The translations under genes were made by a program, and so were the position numbers. A DNA stretch of 64,000 nucleotides. Source: Octopus vulgaris. Taxonomy: Eukaryota. Of this stretch, positions 1 to 13,516 are shown piece after piece. The notes under the pieces were generated by a model. The model was not told the origin of the DNA. It searched no databases and saw only the letters and a list, made by a program, of their open reading frames with translations. Position 1 is the stretch's first letter. Each line of letters starts with the position of its first letter. The stretch lies in assembly GCA_951406725.2 (NCBI GenBank), contig OX597830.1, positions 32,240,001 through 32,304,000 on the forward strand. The letters are read 5' to 3'.

Positions 1-8
1 GGTGTTCC

Positions 9-9
<1 letters not shown>

Positions 10-94
<85 letters not shown>

Positions 95-175
95 CATCAT
101 CATCATCATTATTATTATTATTATCATTATTATTATTATTATTATACATCATCATCATCATTATTATTATTATTA

Positions 176-219
<44 letters not shown>
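10..219. repeat. (TAT)n/(CAT)n microsatellite
   Basis: Direct reading of trinucleotide tandem repeats. Confidence 0.97.
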
Positions 220-450
220 TGTTTCTTTATTGCCCACAAGGGGATAAACATAGAGGGGAGAAACAAGGACAGACAAATGGATTAAGTCGATTGCATTGAT
301 CCCCAGTGTGTAACTGGTACTTAATTTATCGATCCCGAAAGGATGAAAGGCAAAGTCAACCTCGGCGGAATTTGAACTCAGAACGTAACGGCAGACGAAA
401 TACGGCTATGCATTTCGCCCGGCGTGCTAACGTTTCTGCCAGCTCACCTT
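220..450 (-). mobile_element. tRNA-derived SINE, family A (AAGGCGGCGAGCTGGCAGAA head; GCCTTTCATCCTTTCGGGGTCGATAAA core)
   Basis: Reverse complement shows A/B-box-like head (GAGTTCAAATTCC). Homologous copies at about 1433-1610, 2137-2350, 15481-15872, 34970-35070, 40045-40282, 43272-43667, 44581-44770 and 56390-56587. Confidence 0.9.
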
Positions 451-475
451 ATTATTATTATTATTATTATTATTA

Positions 476-1393
476 AGTGAGAGGACAGTGCATGCCATCA
501 AAGTGATACAGATGTACAAATATACGAAGTTCAGTGTACCCATCATGACTACCCGTCTGATAAGGGCACACCTGGCAGATGCATGACAACGATATGTGCG
601 CGACCTGGTGATCTTATATCAAGATAAACTGCGCATGACTTTGCAGGTGGAGCCCAGTCAGAATTTTCTTCGGATCTCTTCAGTTTGGCTCACAGATTTT
701 AAAATTATTTTTTAAAACTAAACTGTTTGAAACTTCATATACTGGTGTAGTTTCTCACGCTGAACATGGTTTACTTTCAACATTTTTGACAAAATTTCGT
801 ATTTTAGAAGTTATTTCGTGTTAAAGTTGTCGCATTTAGGTAATTTTAACCAATCAACGACGTGTATTCAGTTGAAGAAACCTACTGCTGTTTGTGATAG
901 TAACTGAAGAACAACATTTTCCAGGTTATCTCTACTAAATGTGCTACGTCCCAGCCATGTACCTTTCCTAGCAGATATAGTTTCGTTACAGCCTTTCCGA
1001 AAGCACCACCAGTCAAGGCTCTCCCGGACCACTTTCTTTTTCCTTGAGTGTCTAGATTTACGCAACGCCAAATAATTCACACGTAGTTGAAAAATACATT
1101 TAGTAGAGATGACCCGGAAGTTGTTCTTCAGTTACTATCGCAAACGGCAGTAGGTTTTTTTCAGCTGAATACACTTCGTTGATTGGCTAAAATTACCCGA
1201 ACACGGCAACTTTAAACCGAAAAACTTCTAAAATACGAATTTTGTCAAAAATGTTGATAGTAAACTGTATTCAGCGTGAGAAATTACACCAGTATACAAA
1301 GTTTCAAACTGTTTAGTTAAAAAAAAAATTTTAATCAGTCAGCCAAACTGAAGAGATCCTTCTCTTCTGGTTGAGTATCCTGTCCCACTCAAG
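476..1393. mobile_element. Interspersed repeat abutting (TAT)n, split by a MITE
   Basis: 476-671 plus 1368-1393 align with the uninterrupted copy at 37408-37630; both copies follow a (TAT)n tract. Confidence 0.8.
672..1359. mobile_element. Non-autonomous DNA transposon/MITE with ~270-bp TIRs (Merlin- or Mutator-like)
   Basis: GGATCTCTTCAGTTTGGCT...AGCCAAACTGAAGAGATCC termini, long imperfect inverted arms, and an 8-bp near-perfect TSD (TTTTCTTC/TTCTCTTC). Confidence 0.88.
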
Positions 1394-1401
1394 TTACTTA
1401 A

Positions 1402-1432
<31 letters not shown>

Positions 1433-1665
1433 AGGCAACGAGGTTGAAGAACCGTTAACGTACCGCGCAAAACGCTTAGCGGCATTTCGTCCGTCTTTAC
1501 GTTCCGAATTCAAATGCTGTTGGGGTCGACTTTGCCTTTCATTTTTTCGGATATCGATAAAATAAGTAATAGTAGAGTACTGGAAATGCTGGCCTTGTGT
1601 CAAAATTTGAAACTATTGTTAGCTAGTTAGCAGCAGCAGCAGCAGCAGCAGTAGTAACAGCAGTA

Positions 1666-1697
<32 letters not shown>

Positions 1698-2550
1698 AAG
1701 CCTTAAGTTTTAGTGTGTTAATACGTTTTTATATACTCTCTTTTATCAGTCACGTATTTCATTTTCGCTCTCAATCTCTCTCCATCATGCATATTATGCT
1801 CATCCAAGTTGTCATTCTCCTACACAGATAACTTTTTGACTTTTTTTACTTCTTTTTTTTTTTTACTTCTACATTCTTCTAGGCGTTCTTTTGATCAAAA
1901 GAAACCGAGATGTATCACCGATTACATACGCTTTCCCTTTTTTCGTCTCTGGTCATGATATCGGAGTAGTAAGCTTTGATCTCGTTGTCAGTCTATAGAA
2001 GTAAGTCTTACAATATTGTAGACAATTTAATTTTACACAATGGATTATTAGTATGTTTATACTGTATATTTTCTACTTTGATGAGTATGACTCAACATAA
2101 ATGTGTTTCTGCTGCAGATTCCATTACTGCTATTAGAAAGGCAGTGAGCTGACAGAATCTTTAGCATTTCAAACAAAGCGCTTAGGAGTCTTTCTTCCGG
2201 TAATTTTTATGTCTGAGTTCAAATTCCACCGAGGTCAATATTTGCCGTTTGTTCTCTCGGGATTGATAAAATAAATACCAGCTAAATACTGGGGTAGATA
2301 TAATCAATTTACCCATTCCCCTTAAATTTCGAGCCTTCTGCTTACCACAGAAGAAGAAAAAAATTGTTTCTATTCCAGATTTTGATTACAGATCAAAATG
2401 ATTCAAAAGCGTTCCACTCCAGAACAATCCATCGATTTTTACATACAGGCTATCTAGGTGTTACTGTATGGTAAGGAGCTTGCCACGCGATAATATGGTT
2501 CCGGTTCAGTCTTATTGCGTGACACCTTGGACAAGTGTCTCCACTATACC

Positions 2551-3474
2551 ATCTCTAACACTTCGGTTAACTTCCTAGATAGCTCTCTTACCATTGACCT
2601 CCCCTCCCAATCTCTCACCACATGCCTTCTTTAAGCCCACAAATTCTCACCTCTACCTCAACTTTTCCTCCTCCCATCCCTCCCACACCAAACGGGCCAA
2701 CTCTTACTCCCAGTTCCTCCATCTCCGACGCTTGTGCAGCCGGGACAAGGATTTCGAGACTCAGTCTCAGTACCTTGCTCGCCTGTTCATGCATCGAGGA
2801 TATCCATCCAACCTTGCCCAAACCGCCCTTACCCACGCCCGTCTAATCGATCGCATCACCACCCTCTCTCCTTCCACACAACAATCCTCTATCCGCACAA
2901 CTTCCCCTCCTTCTCCACCCCTCCACCCTACCCCCACGTCGGAGGATCCTACGGCCCTTCCGTCATCTGAATCCCAGCTGAATCCCACCAGCCGCCCTAT
3001 TTTCCCCAACCCACCCTTGTCCTTTAAACGCGCCCGTAACCTATGCGATCTACTGGTACATAGCACCTTCTCCTCTTCCCATCAGCCCCACCCGGATCTT
3101 TCCCTTGCTCTAGAACCGCTGCCACACTTACCCTTTCATCCCCAACACCACATCCCTCACTGGATCCAAACAGCATATTCTCCACGTTAGAAATTCCTCC
3201 TGCATCTCTTCAAGCCTTATCTATTGTATTAAATGTAATCTCTGCAATAAACTCTACATTGGCCAAACGGGCCGCCGACTGGCCGACCGGTTCACCGAAC
3301 ACCCCCGTCGCCCTCCATTTCTGCTTGGACAACCACTCCACCTCTAATATCTCCGTTTTTGGCCTCGCCCTGCACCACGGATCCACACACTCGCGTCTCC
3401 GCCTGGAACATCGTTACATTTTCAGTCTACAAACGCAAGTTCCTTACGAACTCAATACAACACCCTCGTCTTAA
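2551..3474 (+). mobile_element. Penelope-like retroelement remnant: RT C-terminus plus GIY-YIG endonuclease, frameshifted
   Basis: Reads ISNTSVNFLD...FKPTNSHLYLNFSSSHPSHTKR...RRLCS...RGYP (PLE RT/thumb), then SCISSSLIYCIKCNLCNKLYIGQTGRRLADRFTEH (GIY-YIG) and RLRLEHRYIFSLQTQVPYELN. Confidence 0.9.
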
Positions 3475-3819
3475 CGACCGTCACTGCACCATCCCTAAAA
3501 AACGTAACTATTTATTTTATTTTATTCTATCTTATTTTATCCGCTCTTGTACCCACTTTGTTCTATACTGTCACCCTTTTTTCGATTCTTTTTTGTTGTT
3601 TTTTTCCCGTCGAATTGTTTAACTTTTTAATTGAATTAATTTTTTATAATTGCATTAATTGTATTAATTTCTATTTTATCCCTTTTATTTTGATTATTTT
3701 ATTTTTTATCTTGTATTTGTCATTTTTTGTAATTTTTATTCATTTTTTTATTTTTACATCTTGTACCCTTCCCCCTTCCCCCTTTTTTATCGGTCTTATA
3801 TTTTATTTTATTTCTGTAT

Positions 3820-4320
3820 GCATACACACATACATACACACACGTACATATACACATACACATGCACACACATACCTCCCACACACACCACACACATACA
3901 CAATACACATACATACATACATACACCTACATGCACACACACACACATACACGCGCACACACATACCTCCCACACACATCACACACAATACGCATACATA
4001 CACACACAAGTACAAACACATACACGCACATACATACGCACACACGCGCATACACACATGCACGCACACACACAAGAACGCACATATACCTCCACACACA
4101 ATCCCACGAACGCGCTCACATACACACACACTCATACACACACACACACATACATGCACACACGCATATATACACACACGCATATATACACACACGTATA
4201 TATACACGCACGCGCACACACATGAATGCACATATACCTCCCGCACACACCACACACACACAACACGCACATACATGCACACACACAACACATACATGCT
4301 CACACACACACGTACACACT
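3820..4320. repeat. Degenerate (CA)n/(CACATA)n low-complexity tract
   Basis: Direct reading. Confidence 0.9.
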
Positions 4321-4344
4321 GTGTCGTTTGCTTTTATTTTGTTT

Positions 4345-4557
4345 TACTCTTTTACTTGTTTCAGTCATTTTGACTGCGGACATGCTGGAGCACCGCCTTT
4401 AATCGAGCAACTCGACCCCGGGACTTATTCTTTTGTAAGCCCAGTACTTATTCTATCGGTCTCTTTTGCCGAACCGCTAAGTAACGGGGACATAAACACA
4501 CCAGCATCGGTTGTCAAGCAATGCTAGGGGACTAACACAGACACACAAACACACACA

Positions 4558-4619
<62 letters not shown>

Positions 4620-4780
4620 TATGACGGGCTTCTTTCAGTTTCCGTCTACCAAATCCACTCACAAGGCTTTGGTCGGCCCGAGGCTATAGTAGAAGACACT
4701 TGCCCAAGGTGCCACGCAATGGGACTGAACCCGGAACCATGTGGTTGGTAGACAAGCTACTTACCACACAGCCACCCCTG
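4345..4780 (-). mobile_element. tRNA-derived SINE, family B, with internal (TA)n/(TG)n
   Basis: GGCTGTGTGGTAAG head, GGGTTCAGTCCC B-box-like motif, CORE-like ACCTTGGGCAAGT, and GGCGGTGCTCCAGCATG...GACTGAAACAAGTAAAAGAG tail. Confidence 0.9.
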
Positions 4781-5132
4781 CTTGCTCTTTTCCCTAATTC
4801 TATGCAGGAAAAAAAAAGAAATTTTTGCGTGCACCGCCAATTGGGAAGCTCTCAGTCTTATCGTTAAAAGTGCGAAACTGAATATCACCAATTGGTCGAT
4901 AACCGATGAAGAATTACAAACTATCTGTTTGTCCCCCGTTCGTTTTTACATTCAGTATACGTTATGCCGTTTGTTTATTTACCATACACGGTGGTGCCCC
5001 AGCATGGCCACAGCTCATAAGCTGAAACTAGAATCAATCAATCAATCAATCATACCATTTTTTCCCTTTATTTAGTAATGTGACGCAACACACGCCGAAT
5101 TTGTATTAACAAGTAAGTTTTATACACACACA

Positions 5133-5538
5133 CAGGAGTGGCTGTGTGGTAAGTAGCTTGTTTACCAACCACATGGTTCCGGGTTCAGTCCCACTACGTG
5201 GCACCTTGGGGCAAGTGTCTTCTACTATAGCCTCGGGCCGATCAAAGCCTTGTGAGTGGATTTGGTAGATGGAAACTGAAAAGAAGCCCGTCGTATATAT
5301 GTATATATATGTCTGTGTGTGCGTGTATGTTTGTGTTTGTTCCCCTAGCATTGCTTGACAACCGATGCTGGTGTGTTTATGTCCCCGTCACTTAGCGGTT
5401 CGGCAAAAGGGACCGATAGAATAAGTACTGGGCTTACAATGAATAAGTCCCGGGGTTGAGTTGCTCGACTAAAGGCGGTGCTCCAGCATGGCCGCAGTCA
5501 AATGACTGAAACAAGTAAAAGAGTAAAGAGTAAAAGAG
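5133..5538 (+). mobile_element. SINE family B, full length
   Basis: Same head, core and tail as 4345-4780, opposite strand. Confidence 0.9.
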
Positions 5539-6509
5539 TACACACACACACACACATAAATACACACGTATGCAATGTATATATGAATGTAAGTATGTAT
5601 ATATCGAAGTATGTGTGTGTATGTGCGTGTGTTTGTACTCGTGTCTATTTGTGTGTATCATCATCGCTCGACAGCCGGGGGTTGGTGGGTCTTTACCGTC
5701 AAGGCGATGCTCTTGCATGGCCGCAGTCAAATGACTCAAACTAATAAAAGAAATCATATGCAGACTAGTAGCTAGCTTCATTTCTTTGACACTTTACCAA
5801 AGGTATCATCTTCGTATGATTTGTCTGGTATAATAATTAGCAGATTAAAACTGCGACCGTTAGAACCTTCGCATACTGGATCGTACGTATGTTTGGGAAT
5901 GCGTATTCACAGAAACGAAAGTTCGGCGAGCAGCGTGTAGCTGGGTCAGTGAAAAAAGGGAGAGAAAAGGGAACGCAATTACAGACATTGCACCACTGAA
6001 AGATTCCATATTGATTTTACAAACATTCCTTTTATGTTAAAAGTACGTAGAAAAGTCATGGAAAAAGAGTCTTCGTTTGTATTAGAATGTGAAAACTCCC
6101 TGTATTATTTATTGCTTGGAAAACTCGTCATTTAAAAAGATGATGTTAAAATGGAGAGACAATAAAATGGATGAATAAAAATCAATGCATAGAAAAAATA
6201 TTGGTGGTGGTGGTCGTGGTGGTAATGTTAATTTTGAAGCTTAAAGCCTGCTTTTCTGTTCCAATATTATGTCAAGTAACACAGCTCTACCTGTACAAGC
6301 CACCCGCTATTTGATTAGCAAAGTGAACCTTACATATTAATGATCTAACTTCCCGTCGTGTGCGTATCTATACAACGTGAGTGTGTGTGTGTAAAGTTTT
6401 ATGGAAGTGAGTAGCATTTCCAATCCATACCAAAAGGGGCTTATATAGCCGGCTTCATACTGAGAGAACTGCACACGTAATTGGCTGTAGGAAACAAATG
6501 CTTTGTCTA

Positions 6510-6937
6510 TGGTAGATATATCTATCTATATACATATGTATACCCGTGTGTTTATATATATATATATATATATACCCATATATACATATATACACACACA
6601 TGTATATACATGTATATGTGTGTACATATATATGTATGTATATATATATATATGTATGTATGTGTGTGCATACACATACACAGGTACACATGTATACTCA
6701 TACACAGCCAGGCGCAAAAATGTAAGTGCATGTTTGAATATGTACTGGTGTATGCATACATATAAACACCCTCACAGATATTCATACATACACACACACA
6801 TTCATGTATTATTCATATAGGTGCATACATTCTAACACATGAACACACGTATATCTATACGTATACGCGTATAATATATATGTATATATGAGATTATATA
6901 TATATATATTTCGATGTATATTTATATGTATACATAC

Positions 6938-7024
<87 letters not shown>

Positions 7025-7650
7025 CATACATACATACACGCACATACACACATATATATATATGTATATATATATATATGTTAGTAGGTAGACTTTCCTA
7101 TATATTTCTTTTATATTTTCATTCATCCTACCGTTTTATTTTTGTTTTATACTGTTTTTTTTCTGTATACTTTTTTCATTTTCAGTAAGTTTTATCTTCA
7201 TTATATTATTTGTTTGCGATCCTTTTAATTAATGCAGAGTAATACAGCGTTCGTTTCATCAAAAGCCCAGTTCTAGCCGCGAGGCACATGCCCCAATTTG
7301 CCGACAACGCACCACTTTGGGAGCAATTAATTCTGCATTAACTCTACTTTTAATAAAAGACGACAGAGAGAAATTAAAGAGGAAGACGAACTGGTAAATA
7401 GGGAGTAATTTGATGGAACGGTAACAAGGGACAGTGAATATCTGAACAAAGAAATACATACATACATACATACTTACACACATGCATGTGTGTGCGTGTG
7501 TGTTTCTGCTTATATGTATATATATATATATATATATGTATTCATATATATGTACATATATATGTTTATGTATATCTATGTAGGTATATATAAATGTATA
7601 TGCATGTATATATATGTATTTGTGCAGGTATATGCACACATGCATATATT

Positions 7651-7693
<43 letters not shown>

Positions 7694-7735
7694 ATTTACA
7701 TATATATATGTGTGTGTGTGTGTGTATATATTTAC

Positions 7736-7804
<69 letters not shown>

Positions 7805-8029
7805 TATATATATACACGCACACACACATATATATATATATCCTACACAGGCATTTTTGCGCAAGGCTTGTGCACACGTTTGTATAAAAATGGTTGCAAG
7901 TGTTTATCTTTTTCTCTCTAGCTATACTTATGCCTATCCGCTCTTCATAAGATGCACGCACATACATACATAAATATATATATATGTATATATATATATA
8001 CACACTCATATATATATATATATACACAT

Positions 8030-8128
<99 letters not shown>

Positions 8129-8145
8129 TGTATGTATACATAGAA
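6510..8145. repeat. Compound (TA)n/(TG)n/(GA)n/(CATA)n microsatellite fields
   Basis: Direct reading; a short unique stretch lies at about 7200-7450. Confidence 0.9.
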
Positions 8146-8649
8146 TTTTAACTGTGTGTATAAACACATGTGCGCAGGCGCACACACAATATTATTGTCG
8201 TTTATTTAACCAAGCAGCTATGGGTTTAACGGCTCATCTATCCTTTCTTACCTATACACTCCGAGGACCAGCTCTTACTCATAACGTTCGTTTTGGGTCA
8301 GGCCACGTACTATTTCTATCACAATTGTTTCATAATGTGTTACTGGTGCGTTTTATCGTGACACAACCAATGGAGAATTTGGAATGGTTCTCATGAAGGC
8401 GAAAAAGGCCTCTCCACTGAACGTTGTCTTCATTCGGTACCTCAGTACTTTAATGGTGCTTCCTCGTCAAGACTCAGACGTCTGTGTACTGGTTTGCGCT
8501 CTTTGTTCGTTCTGACTTTGCTGCCTTGGCTCTTCCACCTGCTCGGTGGAATATCATTTGCATTTTTAATTTTCTTGTGACAAAGAATAACTGTACAGAT
8601 TACTAGAAATGTTTAGAAGTTGGCGTGTCAAGTTAACGCAGCGACAGAG

Positions 8650-8706
<57 letters not shown>

Positions 8707-8905
8707 CCGTTGTATGCTGTGTGTGCATGTATATGCGCAAAAATGTGTGGTTTTATATTCAGGATCTACGTAGAGACGCCATCAGCACTTAACGATAGTT
8801 TGTGATTGTCAAATATGTTGTCAAATAAATTTTATAACATGATTATGTTTACGCGTGCGTGCGTGAATATGTATGTATGTATATATATATGTATGCATAT
8901 ATATG

Positions 8906-8955
<50 letters not shown>

Positions 8956-9184
8956 AATCTACATAGTACACATACAAACGTGCCAAAACTTACTATTTCT
9001 CTGTAGATTGAAAAAAATAAACGGACTTGACCGATTTTCGATCCTTATTGGCATCTCATCAGTGATTTCTGTATCCATTGAACATTCCCCGACAAATAGA
9101 CAGCCATTCCGTTTATATAAACTCAATAAATCTACAAGCTTTAAAAAAACCGGAAATACTAATTTGCATAAATATTTTTTTACG

Positions 9185-9430
9185 AGTTTCAGCCATTTTA
9201 ATGCAGCTATGCTGGAGCACCGCCCGAAAGTCTAGTACTTATTCTATCGGTGTCTTTTGCCGAACCGCTAAGTTAGAGGGACATAAACACACCAGCGTCG
9301 GCTGTCAAGTGATGGTGGTAGAGACAGACATACACACATAAATATAGACATACATACATAAAGCATACATACATACTTACATACACACACATATACATGC
9401 ACTCATTCATACATACATATATATATATTC

Positions 9431-9461
<31 letters not shown>

Positions 9462-9603
9462 TTCATACATGCATGCATACATACATACATACACAAACAC
9501 ACATATATATATATATGATGGGCTTCTTTCAGTTTCCGTATACCAAATCCACTCACAAGGTTTGGTCGGCTCAACGCTATAGTAGAAGACACTTGATCGA
9601 TAA

Positions 9604-9665
<62 letters not shown>

Positions 9666-10085
9666 TGATAGATAGACAGATAGATAGATTTTCAATCACT
9701 TGACAGCGGCCATGCTGGAACACCGTCTGTAGTCGAAAAAATCGACCCCAGAGCTTATTCCTTGTAAGCCTAGTACTTATTCTATTGGTGTCTTTTGCCG
9801 AATCGCTAAGTTACGGGGATGTAAACACACCAACATCGATTGTCAAGCGATGATGGGCTGACAAACATAGACACACACAATATATACTAGCATATGTGTG
9901 TGTGTGTGTACAAATATATAAAAACACTACGCTCTAAGATATATATATATACGACTTCTTTCAGTTTCTGTCTACCAAATCTACCCACAAGACCTTTGTC
10001 GTCCCGAGGCTATAGCAGAAGTCACTTGCCGAAATCATGTGGTTGGGAAGCAAGCTTCTTACCGCACAGCCACCCCTGCGCCTAT
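9185..10085 (-). mobile_element. Two adjacent diverged SINE family B copies separated by (GATA)n
   Basis: Tail and core motifs at 9185-9595 and 9695-10085. Confidence 0.8.
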
Positions 10086-10824
10086 GACAGAAAGACAGAC
10101 AGACACATAGATAATGTTCTAGGATCTATCGCAATGTTATATTTTCCAACTATTTCCTTTTCATCTCAGATTGTCATAACACTACCTGATGATCTTGAAA
10201 TGAAATTTCGTATCTAGACCAACATTACTGCATGAAGAAATTGAAGACCATCCCGATCGAAATAGCGTGTCAGCATCTTTTCCTCGATAAGAAAATTGAT
10301 CCGAGAACACACACACACCACTATAAAATTATGTATTAGCCCCATAAGTCTCCTGTACGAGAGAATATAATTTGAGTTACAAGAAGGAAAATGAAGACCT
10401 ATAAAAAAAAAAGCTTGAAAATGAAGGCCCAAAGAAGCAAAACGAAATGCAGCTTGATTTTTTGAGAAGTATCGTAGTTCACCTTTTGAAATAAACTGTA
10501 TCGAACGTTTCAACCCAAAGACCAGAAGAGCATTTCCTTTACATGAGATCAAATCATAGCCAGAAAATTTGCAAGAGGAAACAGTCGCTTATATCGAAAG
10601 AATACTTGTATGGCATTTTATTTTGGATATTTAAAAGACAAAGTTGACTTTCATAGAATTTGAACACTGAGATTAAAAAAAGAAATCGGAACAACTGCAT
10701 CAGAACCATTCGCTCCAGTGCCCTTGGTATTTTCTCCCCAAAGTTACCACACGAAGACAGGCAAACCCAATAAAGGTTTTATCATTGTGACGTATTGATC
10801 AATATACCTTACAGTATAGCCGAG

Positions 10825-11125
10825 TTGTCTGTCGGTTGCGACAATGTGTGGGTCCAGTCAATATGGTCGGCTGAACAGCCAGATCATAAAATTAACGTGC
10901 AAGTGGCTGAGCACCCCACAAACATGCGTACCCTTAACATAGTTTTCAAGGAGATTCAGCATCACACAGAATGTGTGACATATCTGGCTCTTTGAAATAC
11001 AAGTAGAGCTCAATTTTGCCACGAAAAATAAAGTGTCTTACTCAGAGACACAAAGCGGCGCTGGGAATCGAACTGACCACCTTGTGATCGAGAACCAAAT
11101 ACCTTAACCACTAAGCCACGTGCAT
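10825..11125 (-). mobile_element. tRNA-derived SINE with tail shared with 35895-36060 and 36990-37180
   Basis: Minus-strand GGCTTAGTGGTTAAGG...AGTTCGATTCCC head; shared AAATTAACGTGCAAGTGGCTGAGC segment. Confidence 0.8.
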
Positions 11126-11447
11126 CATACTTTACGTCATAAAATCAGACAAATTTCGCCTTACCTCTAGGAAGAACACAAGAGAAATGGAAAACCCAGA
11201 GCTCGACTTTCGAACTTTTCAGAATACTTTTGTTACTGTAAAACTGTTTGGTCCTCGTCGGCTAGGTCTACCGAAGAGACTAAATTTAAAATATCCGCAA
11301 CATCGATGCCTGTATACTCGGGCAATAGTCCCAGCCATAAACAGAACCGAGATCAGTGGAAAAGTGAGAAAATTTCCGTGAGTGGAACTTATGCTGAAGT
11401 CGAAGCGACTAAGTTTCTCGGGTAATCCAAAGATTACCTTGTTGTGC

Positions 11448-11477
<30 letters not shown>

Positions 11478-11478
<1 letters not shown>

Positions 11479-11652
11479 GGCGCATGAGTGGCTGTGTGGT
11501 AAGTAGCTTGCTTACGAACCACATGGTTCTGTGTTCAGTGCCACTGCGTGGAACCTTGGGTAAGTGTCTTCTACTATAGCCTCGAGCCGACCAAAGCCTT
11601 GCAAGTGGATTTGGTAGACGGAAACTGGAAGAAGCTCGTCGTATATATGTAG

Positions 11653-11684
<32 letters not shown>

Positions 11685-11887
11685 TTGTGTGTCTGTGTTT
11701 GTACCCCCAACATCGCTTGACAACCGATGGTGGTGTGTTTGCGTCCCCGCAACTTAGCGGTTCGGCAAAAGACACCGATAGAATAAGTACTAGGCTTACA
11801 AAGAATAAGTCCTGGGGTCGATTTGCTCGACTAAAAGGTGGTTCTCCAGCCTGGCCGCAGTCAAATGACTGAAACAAGTAAAAGAGT

Positions 11888-11888
<1 letters not shown>
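11478..11888 (+). mobile_element. SINE family B, full length
   Basis: Head, core, internal (TG)n and tail all present. Confidence 0.9.
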
Positions 11889-11952
<64 letters not shown>

Positions 11953-11959
11953 TAACCCA

Positions 11960-12122
11960 TCCTTGTTTTCTTTGTATCGTCTATCTGGATGTTTTGTTAT
12001 CCCTAGCTGTTATTACCTAGCTGTCCGGATGTTCTGCGTTCTTTCGCAAAACATCCGGACAACTAGGTAATACAAAAGGGGACAACAACACATCCAGATA
12101 GACGATACAAAGAAAACAAGGA
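11960..12122. repeat. ~75-bp-arm inverted repeat (foldback)
   Basis: CCTTGTTTTCTTTGTATCGTCTATCTGGATG...ACCTAGCTGTCCGGATGTT pairs with AACATCCGGACAACTAGGT...CATCCAGATAGACGATACAAAGAAAACAAGG. Confidence 0.85.
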
Positions 12123-12181
12123 CAAGTCATTGGAAGTTTTCTTTCCTCAGTCAAGCACAAGATTATCCTCGCAATTTCGGC

Positions 12182-12240
<59 letters not shown>

Positions 12241-12586
12241 GACGGGATACTTTCAGTTTCCGTCTACCAAATCCACTCACAAGGCTTTGGCCGGCCCGAG
12301 GCTAGTGTAGAAGATACTTGCCGAAGTTGCCTCGTGTGTGTGTATAGAAATGCATGAATCTATAAGTGTATATTTGATTATGACATTGCGTATATGTCCA
12401 TAAGTGTGTATGCGAGTGTGTTTATGCGGAAGTGTTCGTGCGTCTGCGCGTATGTTTGTGTGCATATGTGTGCACCAGTTTGTCCGTCCGAGTGTGTGTG
12501 TGTGTATGTTTGTGTGTGTACTCATATGGATGTGTACGTGCGTCTGCGCGTGTGTCTGTATGTATGTGTGTGTGTGTGTATATGTA

Positions 12587-12705
12587 TGTACCTGTCTGCC
12601 CATAAATGTATGTGCGTGTATGTCCTTATTTATATGGAGGTGTACATGCGCCTGCGTGTATATGTGTGTTTATGTGCCTGTGCCTGCGCGATCATTTCTC
12701 TGTGT

Positions 12706-12758
<53 letters not shown>

Positions 12759-12906
12759 TGTATATGTACGTACCTGTTTGCCCATAAATGTATGTGCGTG
12801 TATGTCCTTATTTATACGGAGGTGTACATGCGCCTGCGTGTATATATGTGTTTATGTGCCTGTGCCTGCGCGATCATTTGTGTGTGTGTTTATGTGTGTG
12901 TGTGTT

Positions 12907-12946
<40 letters not shown>

Positions 12947-13080
12947 TGTGTATATGTATGTACCTGTTTGCCCATAAATGTATGTGCGTGTATGTCCTTA
13001 TTTATATGGAGGTGTACATGCGCCTGCGTGTATATGTGTGTTTATGTGCCTGTGCCTGCGCGATCATTTGTGTGTGTGTT

Positions 13081-13128
<48 letters not shown>
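12587..13128. repeat. Three-unit ~185-bp tandem repeat: conserved ~110 bp plus variable (TG)n
   Basis: TACCTGTYTGCCCATAAATG...CGCGATCATT recurs near 12589, 12771 and 12961. Confidence 0.92.
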
Positions 13129-13129
<1 letters not shown>

Positions 13130-13485
13130 CTAATCTCTAGAAAGAGCATCAAGACAGAAATAAAGGAATTGTCACAGAGAATTACATGATTACTATTCCA
13201 AATTAGACATACAGCATTGACTTCAATTAAAACATACTTCGTTGATTCTTCACATTTGCCGCTCCTTTCCCCCGCCCTTCGTCCCTTCGTCCCTTCTCAC
13301 TCTCTCACCCCCCTCTCCCCCCACACACATTCTCTCTCCATTCCTCATTCAGCCTCACCTTCTACCTCTCTTTATTCCCTTCCGTTTCTTACTTCCCCCC
13401 TCTCTCTCTTATACAAATTATATATACGCTCTCTCGTTCACCCCCCTGTCTGTCTGTCTGTCTGTCTCTCTCCCTCTCTCTCCCC

Positions 13486-13516
<31 letters not shown>

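Noticed and set aside
3558-4527. Long ORFs rich in H/T/Y/I/C/V (and dozens like them across the window)
   Set aside because: They are translations of dinucleotide and tetranucleotide repeats that lack stop codons.
8500-8525. TTTGTTCGTTC resembling the miR-375 5' end
   Set aside because: The 3' half diverges and I see no precursor hairpin.
10170-10560. Possible exon after the polypyrimidine/CAG acceptor at about 10169
   Set aside because: All frames close within about 15 codons and no homology is recognisable.
12587-13128. CRISPR-like repeat/spacer appearance
   Set aside because: Repeats are ~110 bp, the 'spacers' are just (TG)n, the context is eukaryotic and there are no cas genes; it is a minisatellite.
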